Shown piece by piece: positions 48,115 to 57,248 of a stretch of DNA of 64,000 nucleotides. A model generated the notes under the pieces. The model saw only the letters and a program-made list of their open reading frames with translations. It was not told the DNA's origin and ran no database searches. The stretch comes from Bryobacterales bacterium (lineage in GTDB: Bacteria; Acidobacteriota; Terriglobia; Bryobacterales; UBA6623). The DNA lies in assembly GCA_028819235.1 (NCBI GenBank), contig JAPPMC010000173.1, positions 4,165 through 68,164 of the forward strand. The letters run 5' to 3'. A program made the translations under genes and the position numbers. Every line of letters starts with the position of its first letter. The stretch's first letter is position 1.

Positions 48115-49044
48115 ATGGTGAACGGCCCTCGCATGGCCCATACGCCCCTCGATCCTTCGGCTCGCTACGAGCACACCATTAAGCGGCCGGTCGAAGTTCG
48201 GGGGGTGGGCCTTCACCACGGAGTGGGGGCCGAGCTGCGGATGCTTCCGGCGCCCTCCGGGAGTGGGGTGGTGTTCGTCCGCACTGATCTGGACGGCTTC
48301 GAGATCCGGGCCAGTTGGCGACACGTCGCCAAGGTGAGCTATGCGACGAGCCTCATGCGCCAAGGTGTGCTGCTCTCCACGACTGAGCACTTGCTCAGTG
48401 TCTTGCGGGCGCTAGGAGTCGACAACGTCAGGGTGGAGATCGACCAGCTTGAATTGCCCATCCTCGACGGCAGCGCGTTGCCATTTGCGCGCATGCTGCA
48501 GGAAGCAGGGCTGAAGCGGCAGCGCCGCTGGAGGCGGTACCTGAGGATGCGCAAGCGCGTCGAGGTGCGCGAAAGCGACAAGCGCATCTCGATCGAGCCG
48601 GGATGGGCCTTCGACGTGGACTGCGAGACACTGTATCCCCATCCGCTCGTAGGCCCGCAGCGTATCCAACTGCGAATCACTCCTGAGAACTACCTGAAGC
48701 AGATCGCGCCGGCCCGCACGTTCGGGTTCGAGAGGGACTTGGCGATGCTGCGCGACATGGGCCTCATCCGCGGAGCGTCGCTGGAGAACGCGGTGTGTTT
48801 CGGGGCCGACTGCGTGATGAACGATTCAGGGCTTCGCTATCCGGACGAGCCGTGCAGGCACAAGCTGCTCGACCTGATCGGCGACGTAGCGCTGCTGGGC
48901 CACCCATTGCTGGGACGGGTCGTCGCCCGGCGCGCAGGCCACGCGATGCACGTGGCTCTGGTGGACCGCATCGTCCATGACGCGACCTGCTTCGAATTGG
49001 TGACCCTGGATCAGCTACCGGCGGGCGCGGCGGGGTCGTCCTGA
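48115..49044 (+). CDS. lpxC: UDP-3-O-acyl-N-acetylglucosamine deacetylase
   Basis: TIKRPVEVRGVGLHHG, TTEHLLSVLRALGVDN, ELPILDGSALPF, ARTFGF and HKLLDLIGD...GHAMH motifs. The ATG at 48133 is an alternative start. Confidence 0.9.
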   Translation: MVNGPRMAHTPLDPSARYEHTIKRPVEVRGVGLHHGVGAELRMLPAPSGSGVVFVRTDLDGFEIRASWRHVAKVSYATSLMRQGVLLSTTEHLLSVLRALGVDNVRVEIDQLELPILDGSALPFARMLQEAGLKRQRRWRRYLRMRKRVEVRESDKRISIEPGWAFDVDCETLYPHPLVGPQRIQLRITPENYLKQIAPARTFGFERDLAMLRDMGLIRGASLENAVCFGADCVMNDSGLRYPDEPCRHKLLDLIGDVALLGHPLLGRVVARRAGHAMHVALVDRIVHDATCFELVTLDQLPAGAAGSS

Positions 49045-49931
49045 CCGCTCGAGCGGCTGCGGATCCTGTCCAACGTCAACCGGGCCTGCTGGGCAACTTG
49101 CGGACCAAGATCGTCCCTGGGCCGCTGATACGGCTGCACGATTCCGATGTCGTCCTCCGTTCCGACGAGGTACAGGCCAAGAAGCGCTTGCAGGACGTGG
49201 GTGGCCTCCGGACGGACGACAGTCAGTTCGTCTCCGACCGTGACCGTGTCACCCTCGCGGCGGAGCTGTCGGTCTAGGATTCCCGGGATCGGCGCCCGCA
49301 CGTCATGGGGTTCACCGCCCCCTGACGGCTCGATCCGTACGAGCAGGGCCCCGGCATCGAACGCGTCCCCGGGCTCGAGCCGGTTGCGGACCAGGCCGGC
49401 ATTCGGGCTTCGCAGCCGGTAGTCTCGCAGCATGCCGCGCATCTCCTCGCGGCCAGTCGGATCACCGAACTTGGCAAGCGCCAAGGCAGCGTTACGCCGG
49501 ACCATTGGATGGGGGTCCGCTACGAGTTTGAGCAGGGCAGAGTGGAACTCCTCACTGTCCGGGTCGTCGCCCATCAGCCAGGCGACCGTCAGGCGCAGCT
49601 CCGGCAGTTCGTGGCGAGCGACCTGCAATAGCGCCGGGTACCAAATCTTGACGGACTCGTCGCCCGCACTGATTCGGGCCGAGATCTGCGCCATTGCATG
49701 TTGCGCGCGCCGGGGTCTCTCCGAGTCTGCTAGGTACTCGGAGATCTGTTCGTCCGAAAGAGTCTTGCCGAACCAAGTGTCCATCCAGAACCAGAACGGA
49801 ATCACGATGCTCGCTACGGCCAGCGCCGTGGCCACCAGCGTCGCAGTGCGGGATGAGAATGCATCCCGTGGCGCTCTTTGGTCGGGCATGTCTTCATTGT
49901 GATATAGCCTTGCGGCCGGCCACTTGTTCAC
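49011..49931 (-). CDS. membrane-anchored HEAT-repeat protein with C-terminal lipoyl/biotinyl-like hybrid motif
   Basis: TM segment (TLVATALAVASIVIPFWFW); HEAT-like units (DPHPMVRRNAALALAKFGDP); and ...VRAPIPGILDRQLRREGDTVTVGDELTVV. The 3' end overlaps the convergent lpxC gene by 34 nt. Confidence 0.55.
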   Translation of the reverse strand: MNKWPAARLYHNEDMPDQRAPRDAFSSRTATLVATALAVASIVIPFWFWMDTWFGKTLSDEQISEYLADSERPRRAQHAMAQISARISAGDESVKIWYPALLQVARHELPELRLTVAWLMGDDPDSEEFHSALLKLVADPHPMVRRNAALALAKFGDPTGREEMRGMLRDYRLRSPNAGLVRNRLEPGDAFDAGALLVRIEPSGGGEPHDVRAPIPGILDRQLRREGDTVTVGDELTVVRPEATHVLQALLGLYLVGTEDDIGIVQPYQRPRDDLGPQVAQQARLTLDRIRSRSSGQDDPAAPAGS

Positions 49932-50496
49932 GTATCGCGCAGGCCCGCCCCGAGACGCGGGGCCGCGTCTCGATTCTCGAGCCGGACTGTGGCCTCACAG
50001 CTGACCCGGCTCCGAAGCGGGAGCGATCCGGCGTGAGTCACTCACACTGAAGCGCGACGCGCACGGGTCATCAGAGCCGGAAGCTGCGTATTGAGCCACT
50101 CAGGCCTCTCGTCCGCGGCGGAGGCACTCGCACTGCGACGATCCGACCGAATAGCAAGGTCTTCGCTCCAGTTCTGGGAAGCAACTGCCTCAATCACGGT
50201 CGCTTGTGGGCAACTCTCTGCCGGCCGGGGAGGAAGGGGGAGCTTCGCCTAAACGTAACGCTCGACCGACTTGATGGCCGGCAGCTACAGGCAGCGCAGA
50301 ATACCCGCAGCGGCGGAGTCCTATAACGGGCCCGGGGGCGGTCGATTCCTGCAGGCACTCCCCGAGGTCCATCGCCGCACCGTCCTCGTTGTCCAACACC
50401 AGCGACCCACTGTCACACCCGCACCGTTACCGCCGTTCGCTTCGGTGACGTACTGCAATAGCTTCACATGAGAACACGGTGGAACTTCTGATGAGA

Positions 50497-51378
50497 CTAG
50501 GCATGGGGAAGACTTTGGCGGATGTCCGGGATACCAGTCAGAAAGATCGCATCATACTGGTGACCGGAATAGGCGCGGACAACGTAATCGTTCCAGTGGT
50601 TGGGACGCGGACCGTACTTCATCAGATGACGCCGAGGGTAATCGTTCCTGAGCAATTTCTTCTTCGCCTTCATCCGTACCAGTTCGCGCTCCAGATAGTC
50701 GATGAACTGACGTTCGAGATGGTCTCGGAGTACGTAGGGTGTGATGAACACGATATGGTCGTGGCACAGTCGGTTGGGTGGCGGAAGCAAGCGCACAAAC
50801 CAGATCTCTCCTTTACGGCCGACATAGCCGGCTGGAACTATGCAGGAAACGATCTGCCGCGTACCGACCTCGCGCAGCAGAACACTCTTGCCATCGCTGC
50901 CACAGTGTACGTAGAAGCCCATTCTGGACTCCTGCATCAGTTCAACGGAGTCCACCAGCCAAGACGGGCAGTCGAACATGCGAGCAATTGGCAGAATGCA
51001 GGTGCCCATGGTTTCCCGGCTCCTCCCGAACCGGACGTCAAACATTGCCCACATCGTGAAATAGCTGACAGTCAACGGGCTCGTCGGCGGCCCAAGCGGC
51101 AAGTATTCCTTTTCCGCCACACGGACAATCTCGGTGTAACCCTTCGCTTCTCTCATCGTGGCAATGCCTTCGGCCAAGAGGGAGACGAAGTTCTGCCCCC
51201 GACCGTACAGGACGTGGCACGGGTCATAGCCCGCGAACTTACCGCCAGTCAGGGGGTCGTCGACGAGACCGGCTTCGATCGCCATCTTCCTGACCTCCCG
51301 CCGGACCTCGGGATCGACGACCTTCGAACTGCTCGATGAGATGATCTTTTTCGCGATGTCGTCGGCAACAGAACCCAT
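50497..51378 (-). CDS. hypothetical protein, 293 aa, no recognisable domain
   Basis: ATG-initiated ORF with balanced, protein-like composition in a visibly more A/T-rich stretch. No convincing competing ORF (50479-51339 + is its mirror, with poor composition). I recognise no motif. Confidence 0.55.
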   Translation of the reverse strand: MGSVADDIAKKIISSSSSKVVDPEVRREVRKMAIEAGLVDDPLTGGKFAGYDPCHVLYGRGQNFVSLLAEGIATMREAKGYTEIVRVAEKEYLPLGPPTSPLTVSYFTMWAMFDVRFGRSRETMGTCILPIARMFDCPSWLVDSVELMQESRMGFYVHCGSDGKSVLLREVGTRQIVSCIVPAGYVGRKGEIWFVRLLPPPNRLCHDHIVFITPYVLRDHLERQFIDYLERELVRMKAKKKLLRNDYPRRHLMKYGPRPNHWNDYVVRAYSGHQYDAIFLTGIPDIRQSLPHA

Positions 51379-51854
51379 GGCATGGTTTGCTATCGGTCTT
51401 CTCGGTTCCTAACTCACCCGTGCAAACAGAGATTATAAATGGGGCGAGCCACGCACGGCGTTCTTTGGGGTGGTCCGCCGAGGCCTGTGAGATCGTGCAG
51501 GAAGCGTAACCGTTCGGAGCGGCAATGACTGAGCGAGTCTCGGTGTACAGTCCCTGACGTGGGCTAACAAGCGATGTCGGAGTTTCTGCCGTGGGGCGAG
51601 CACCGGTGGCATCGGGACCAAGGGGCAGGGACACGAGCGACCAAGTGCCGCCTTCCTTCTCGTGTTGCAGGACGGGCGCAATGACTTGGGCAGCCACCCG
51701 GGCGGCTCCGTTGCACGCAGCGTCCTGGAACCGGCTGGGCATGGACTGGCCCGACCGTGCGTCGGTGAGACAGGCACGCAGCAGACGGTTTTCGCCGCCG
51801 GCACCGCTGCGCATTGGCGGATGCAGCTCAAGGACCACTTGAGGCTTTCTGCGT

Positions 51855-52481
51855 ATGAGCCAACCGACGTGGATTGAGACTATTCTCAAGGCTATCCGTG
51901 GCGACAAGCCATTCGCTAGCATGCTAGACGGAGTAGCGGCACGCTATGTACCGTGCGACATCGCGATTGAGGCCAAGGCCTCGAGGATTGTCGACGTCAC
52001 GAACCGCATGCACGAGCGGAGCGGAGGCTTCAGCAGCGAGAAGGGGCACTTGGTCCCGGATCCCTATCGAGACTGCCAGAAACGGAATGAAGGCTCTTGC
52101 CTGAGGATGCCTGAAGCAGGAATGGGCGCTTACTTTGACAGCACCGTGATCGCTTCGCTGACTGAGCCGCGACGGTCCGCGCCGTTTGCTGCTGCTCGCG
52201 TCTCACGCGTGCGAGCAGAACAAGACCAACCCGTTGCACTGGTATCTCGAATCGCGATAAGCGCACGGTCGGTCTTCGAGGGCCCTGTTCCCTCAAGGCA
52301 GCGCAACAGAAACAGGGTGTTCGACGGAGCGTCGGCGTACTTCATGTGGATTTCCATGTTCTCAAGCCCTTGTATGGTCCCGGATGTGCGAAGAATCAGC
52401 GGATTTCTACGCATGGAAAAATCAACCCGGCAGACCCCGACACCGAAGTCAGGGGGTAGTGATCCGGAGGTTCTCGCGTGA
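51855..52481 (+). CDS. hypothetical protein (208 aa), possibly translationally coupled to the downstream SDR gene
   Basis: ATG start; protein-like N-terminal half (MSQPTWIETILKAIRGDKPFASMLDGVAARYVPCDIAIEAKASRIVDV...). Its TGA overlaps the GTG of the SDR gene (GTGA at 52478-52481). Caveats: the C-terminal half has odd composition, and an antisense mirror ORF (52130-52570) shares the same third positions. Confidence 0.3.
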   Translation: MSQPTWIETILKAIRGDKPFASMLDGVAARYVPCDIAIEAKASRIVDVTNRMHERSGGFSSEKGHLVPDPYRDCQKRNEGSCLRMPEAGMGAYFDSTVIASLTEPRRSAPFAAARVSRVRAEQDQPVALVSRIAISARSVFEGPVPSRQRNRNRVFDGASAYFMWISMFSSPCMVPDVRRISGFLRMEKSTRQTPTPKSGGSDPEVLA

Positions 52482-53353
52482 ATTCGGGGAAACTGGCAGG
52501 GAAGACGGCTCTCATCACCGGCGGCAACCACGGAATCGGCGCCGCTATCGCGAATGCCATCGGTGCCCAAGGCGCGAATGTGTTTATCACATACTTCCGC
52601 CCGCAGACTTCGTATTCGGAACGTGAACTCCGCGAGGCCGTGTCAGCAGGAATCGGGGGTAGCGCGCTGTACCAGGCCAACCAGCAGCGGACTCCCGATC
52701 AGGTTGTGTCTTCGATTGCTTCGTCTGGCGGGACGGCCTCGACGATGGAACTCGATCTCTCCCGCAGCGAGTCTGCATCAGCGGCGATGGACGCTTGCGA
52801 GGCTGAGTTTGGCCGCGTTGAGATTCTGGTCAACAACCATGCCTACTGCTCGCTGGAGACCTTCGACCCTGCCAGCGTAGGAGGGAGCGCTTACGACGCA
52901 AGCGTGGGTCTGACAACCGCGGGTGGGATTGACAGGCACTTCGCGGTCAACGTCAGGGCCACCGCACTCCTGATGGCCGAATTCGCGAGGCGGCACGTCG
53001 CGAGGGGTGCCACATGGGGCCGGATTGTAAACATAAGCACTGATGCCGCAGACGCCCACAGCCTGAACGTCAGCTATGCGGCCAGCAAGCATGCAATCGA
53101 ATCCTACAGTCGGTCCGCGGCCACGGAACTCGGCAAGTATGGGATCACCTGCAACATCGTGGCACCGGGACCGATCCAGACCGGGTATATCACCCCCGAC
53201 TTGGAACGCGACATTATCCAGCGCACTCCGCTTGGACGGCTCGGTACGCCCCGGGACGTAGCGGACGTCGTCTTGTTCCTCGTCTCCGACCAGGCGAGAT
53301 GGGTAACCGGGCAACTCATGTATGTCGGGGGCGGATATCGAATGCACCAGTAG
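52478..53353 (+). CDS. SDR-family oxidoreductase with extended insert after the first beta-alpha unit
   Basis: GKTALITGGNHGIGAAIA (TGxxxGIG), LVNNHA, SYAASKHAIES (YxxxK), IVAPGPIQT, and VVLFLVSDQARWVTGQ. Confidence 0.85.
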   Translation: MNSGKLAGKTALITGGNHGIGAAIANAIGAQGANVFITYFRPQTSYSERELREAVSAGIGGSALYQANQQRTPDQVVSSIASSGGTASTMELDLSRSESASAAMDACEAEFGRVEILVNNHAYCSLETFDPASVGGSAYDASVGLTTAGGIDRHFAVNVRATALLMAEFARRHVARGATWGRIVNISTDAADAHSLNVSYAASKHAIESYSRSAATELGKYGITCNIVAPGPIQTGYITPDLERDIIQRTPLGRLGTPRDVADVVLFLVSDQARWVTGQLMYVGGGYRMHQ

Positions 53354-53722
53354 TCGGGAGCTACGGATCGGAGACGCGCTGGGCCCGGCCGACTCTAGGA
53401 GATCCGATTGGCGAGCGCTGCGCGCACGAAAGTGTGCTGGTCGGAATGGGCCAGTCTGACGCCTCTTGATTCAACGCTGGAGCCTTCGCCGATCACGGCC
53501 CGTCTGGCCACCGTAACCGTCAAGAGGACGCGGGCGGTCGGGCGGCTGTGTGGGCGGGACGCGCTTCGGAGGTTCCAGGAAAGCCATTGCGGCAGCGGCC
53601 TGTCATTGGGAGACCGAGGCCCAGCTGCCCCCATGGCATTGCGAAGACCCGTCAGGGTGACTGATCGGCGGCTTGGCCATGTGCTTGGGAACCCCTTCGC
53701 CGGAACAGCGCGCCGCAGTGCT

Positions 53723-54445
53723 TCAGCGACCGGGGCCCTGCCCCAGGGATCTCTCCCGGCGCCCCTTGGCGCGCTCCTCATGCCGACGGCGCCGCTCCCG
53801 CTTGGCCGCCAGCATGCGGAGAGACTCACGCCGCGACCGGTATCCCTCGAGCCAACGCGACGACCAGCCCGCCAGTTCGTCGGCTTGTTGCACCACTTGG
53901 CCCCGCTCCAGAAGGCACTGGCTAGTCAGCCTCGTACGGTACAGCACGTCGTGCCGAGAGTTGTCGAACAGTTCGAGGTCGTCGAAGAGCTCCGCCGTCC
54001 GCCGCAGGTTGGCCAGAGAGAATTTCCAACGCTCGGACACGCGCTCGGGGTCCACCCAGTGGCCTGTGAGGTCGTCAACTCGCTGCCGGATGCGGGCCAC
54101 GTTGATCTCGGGACCCTCCGTGCCGATGTACACACCTTCAACGCGAAAGTCGGCTGCCTTGGCCCGCCCAACCAGCGCCCGGCCAGGCCTGCCGGAATAG
54201 GTGCTCTCGATGCCGAAGCTCAGCCGTTCTCGGAGGGACTCGTCGATCCTGGTGTCCACGATGCGGCGCGCCTCTTGGCGCGCCACCTCCTTCTCCCAGC
54301 CCCCGACTCCTGCGGCGACGGAATCCTGATCGTAGTAGCGATCCGGAAGGAGGTCCCAGCTCTCGCGCTTCCACATGCTCTTACCGCAGCCGTTGCAGCC
54401 CATGATGATCGTGAACACCGGTCGCGGGTCGGTCAACTCGGACAC
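53723..54445 (-). CDS. zeta-toxin-like / COG4185-type P-loop kinase with Arg/Glu-rich C-terminal tail
   Basis: GTG start preceded by GGGGG. Walker A in FTIIMGCNGCGKSMW (GxNGxGKS); ...FGIESTYSGR...EGVYIGTEGPEINVARIRQRV... fits the zeta/AAA_33 kinase fold. The last about 50 aa are RE-rich low complexity. Confidence 0.7.
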   Translation of the reverse strand: MSELTDPRPVFTIIMGCNGCGKSMWKRESWDLLPDRYYDQDSVAAGVGGWEKEVARQEARRIVDTRIDESLRERLSFGIESTYSGRPGRALVGRAKAADFRVEGVYIGTEGPEINVARIRQRVDDLTGHWVDPERVSERWKFSLANLRRTAELFDDLELFDNSRHDVLYRTRLTSQCLLERGQVVQQADELAGWSSRWLEGYRSRRESLRMLAAKRERRRRHEERAKGRRERSLGQGPGR

Positions 54446-54806
54446 ACCCCCACAATACGGCAGACTTAACCGCAGAGGCGCTCAGCAGTGTGGTCGTTCT
54501 CCGGAAACTGGGACGCTATAGCGCATAGGTCCCGGCAATAGCGTTCGAAGGGAGTGCGGTCTTGGGCCTTCCAACCTAGCTCGGAGGCGCAGTTGGTCGC
54601 AGGCGCAACGCTGGCCACAGCACCATCCGCCACGACGACCGGGCAACAGTCGCCTCAGGGAATCCCACATCCCATCGCAGCCCTGTCACTGGCCGATTGA
54701 GCTGAAGATTCTTGCTGTCCTCTGAGCGCAGCAATTCATCGCCGGTGCCCCCGGAGTGGATGCTCTTGTCTCCGTGGGTGCCGCAAGACACGTCGTCGTC
54801 AATCGA

Positions 54807-55865
54807 TCAGGCCCTCAGCACACGCAACATGTCCGCGCCCTTAACGCTTTCGGCCGGGGTGTCTGGGGCATCCACTGCGACTCGGCCGAGTTCAGCAATC
54901 GTGACGGCAGTCTCCGCATCCTGCGCCAGGCACTTCTCGTAGTCCCGTCTTGACCGGATGCCGCCGTAGTAGTCCCGTATTCTGCGGCGCTCAGTCTTAA
55001 CGCCGGATTTGAGCACTTCGAAATAGTTGGCCAGCGTCCATCGCTGTTCGTAGCTAGGGAGCAGCTGCGTTATGCCAGTTGCATCTAGTTCCTGCCCGTT
55101 TGCAACGAACAGCCATTTGAACGGGCGGAGCCCCTTGGGTGCCCTGTCTTCAGTGACCAAGATCGCAGTAACGGCCGTCGGTTTGCCCCTCTTGGGCTCC
55201 AAGTGCCCGGTCGCCGCCATTGCCGTGACTTGAGTGGCACGGCTATAGCGGGACTTCGTCCCTCCGGCGCCTCCGTACTGAAAGCCGAATCCTCGGACGA
55301 TCGGATCCAACCTAGATAGGTGTCGAGATGGCGGCACAGGTCGTTTGGACGTGGCGAATCTGATTCGGACGGCTCCGGGCTTAGTTACCCGCACCAATAG
55401 AGTCCCGCTGGGTCCGCCGTCGCGGTGGGCACGAAGCAGGCCGTGAAGGCCGTCACCAACACCGACATCGCAGACTTGGTGGACCTCTGTCTGCGGGCAC
55501 CGGCGGACAATCATTCGCGCGCTTTCGAGACCCTCCAGCCAGCGGTTCGAGTGAACCTGGCCAGGCCACAGCTCGCTCATGTCCTCCCGGGTGGACCAAG
55601 GCTTGAGGCACACCAGTCCCAACGCTCGATTCTTCGTAGTGGCGATCAGACCCACATGGGCGGAATAGCCCTTCTGGACCTTCCACATATCGAGACCGTC
55701 CTGACCGAGTTTGTAGGGAAGCTCGGTCGAGCCCTGGACGAGAATGACGCGGCGCTCCCCGCGGCACTTAGCAAGCGTGTCCTTGTAGTGCGAGCGAAGC
55801 CGCTCTTCTGGCTCCCCCCACACCCAAAGGCCGTCAAGGTCGTCTGACCCGAAGAAAACTCGCAT
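54807..55865 (-). mobile_element. IS4/Tn5-like transposase remnant (N-terminally truncated, DDE residues substituted)
   Basis: The C-terminal YEQRWTLANYFEVLKSGVKTERRRI matches the Tn5-family Y..RW.IE.fFk.LK.G...E.....  signature. Where the family has vqDtT and vxDREaD, this ORF has LVQGSTEL and VCDVGVGD. Only 352 aa, with no N-terminal DNA-binding region. No terminal inverted repeats identified. Confidence 0.6.
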
Positions 55866-56017
55866 CGCTCAATCTCTGAGTATCTCAACCGCCAAAGTTG
55901 CCGAACGTGTGGCCCGCCACAAATCCAAGCCTGGCCCAACTGAAGCGCCCTTCACGCTTCTGCTCGACGAGTCACCATAATCCGCCGGCACGCCATCGTG
56001 CGAGAATCTTCGGAGCC

Positions 56018-57187
56018 ATGAACCGACGCATCTTCTTCATGTCGTCCGCTGCCGCTGCCCTGGCGCAGCCCCCGAGCGATACAGTACGCCTCGCCCTGAT
56101 CGGTTCGGGAGGTCGCGGTCGGCGAGTCATGACCGAATTCATGCGCGACCCCAACCTTAAGGTTCACGCAGTCTGTGACGTGTACGAGCCCAACCTTGAG
56201 CAAGGGCTGTCCGCCGCCGGTCCGGGTACCAAGGCTTACAGGGACTATCGGCGGGTACTGGACGACCCCGAGGTGGATGCCGTCCTGATTGCTACTCCTG
56301 AGCACTGGCACCATCGCATGACGCTCGACGCGATGGCGGCGGGCAAGGATGTCTACGTCGAGAAGCCCCTCTGTCACACTCCGGAGGAAGGACAGGAACT
56401 GGTCGCAGCGCAGCGGGTCTCCGATCGGGTGGTGCAGGTGGGCATGCAGCGCCGCAGCTACAACCTCTACCTCGAAGCCCGGGACCTTCGCCGCGACGGC
56501 AAGCTCGGAACAGTGCGCATGGTCCGCACCTACTGGCTGAACTCGCGGACCCAACCTCGTCGGGACGAGTTCCGGGGGCCGATTGATTGGCAAGGCTGGC
56601 TCGGCCCAGCCCCAGCCGTCCCGCAGGATCCGTTGACCTTCTTCAACTGGCGCAGCCTATCGGCCTACTCGGGTGGCATTGCGCAGGATCAGGGGTGCCA
56701 CATCTTCGATTCCATCCACCTGATCATGGACGCTGGCTATCCCGTCTCGGTGAACGCCACTGCTCTATCTCCTCATGTAGAGGGGATGGACACACCCGAA
56801 TCCGTGGTCGTCGCCGCGGAATACCCAAATGACTTCTTGGCAGTCTTCACGATCAACTACAACGCCATGCGCTACGCCATGCGCGCCGACCAGCTCAACT
56901 GCTACGACGGCGATCTGGCCCGCCTAGACATTGGTCGCGAGTTTCTCAGGGTCTTCCCCCGAGACGCGCCCGAGACTCCGGAGTTTGCAAAGGAACAGCC
57001 CGGAGGCTTCGCTCAGGCAACCATCGACCACGTAATGAACTTTCTGCACTGCGTGCGCACCCGGGACACCCCTAGGGCAACCATCGAGAAGGGCTTTCAA
57101 GCGGCCCTCATCGTTCAGCTGGCGAACATCTCCTTGGCGGAAGGCCGCAAGGTGCGGTGGGACGCCGAGGCGCTCGCGGCCGTCTGA
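56018..57187 (+). CDS. Gfo/Idh/MocA-family oxidoreductase with Tat signal
   Basis: MNRRIFFMSSAAAALA leader, then LALIGSGGRGRRV (Rossmann GxGxxG) and ...AVLIATPEHWHHRM...DVYVEKP. Confidence 0.85.
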   Translation: MNRRIFFMSSAAAALAQPPSDTVRLALIGSGGRGRRVMTEFMRDPNLKVHAVCDVYEPNLEQGLSAAGPGTKAYRDYRRVLDDPEVDAVLIATPEHWHHRMTLDAMAAGKDVYVEKPLCHTPEEGQELVAAQRVSDRVVQVGMQRRSYNLYLEARDLRRDGKLGTVRMVRTYWLNSRTQPRRDEFRGPIDWQGWLGPAPAVPQDPLTFFNWRSLSAYSGGIAQDQGCHIFDSIHLIMDAGYPVSVNATALSPHVEGMDTPESVVVAAEYPNDFLAVFTINYNAMRYAMRADQLNCYDGDLARLDIGREFLRVFPRDAPETPEFAKEQPGGFAQATIDHVMNFLHCVRTRDTPRATIEKGFQAALIVQLANISLAEGRKVRWDAEALAAV

Positions 57188-57248
57188 TGGGGCCTGACAT
57201 TCTCGTCGCTTACGCTCTCGCGGCCGTCGCTGGCCTGAAGAGTTCCTG

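Noticed and set aside
49011-49044. 34-nt convergent overlap of the lpxC and HEAT-repeat gene 3' ends, and a 49-nt overlap of the divergent starts at 26999-27047.
   Set aside because: Both are probably explained by start or stop choice (alternative starts at 26936 and 48133, low-complexity C-terminal tails). I do not consider them biologically notable without further evidence.
49951-49972. GC-rich hairpin CGAGACGCG-GGGC-CGCGTCTCG just upstream of the HEAT-repeat gene.
   Set aside because: There is no T-tract on either strand and it is not positioned after a gene end, so it is probably an incidental GC-rich palindrome.
50320-50385. tRNA-T-arm-like sequence (GGCGGTCGATTCCTGC) that could be an att-site remnant for the 50-56 kb islet.
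   Set aside because: The stem is only 4 bp with a G-T pair. There is no acceptor-stem continuation and I found no matching repeat at the other end of the islet.
52130-52570. Minus-strand ORF (...MEIHMKYADAPSNTLFLLRCLEGTGPSKTDRALIAIRDTS...) as an alternative gene in the 51.9-52.5 kb interval.
   Set aside because: It shares third-codon positions with the + ORF 51855-52481, so only one can be real. The + ORF has an ATG start, the divergent-promoter geometry and the GTGA coupling to the SDR. This remains unresolved without expression data.
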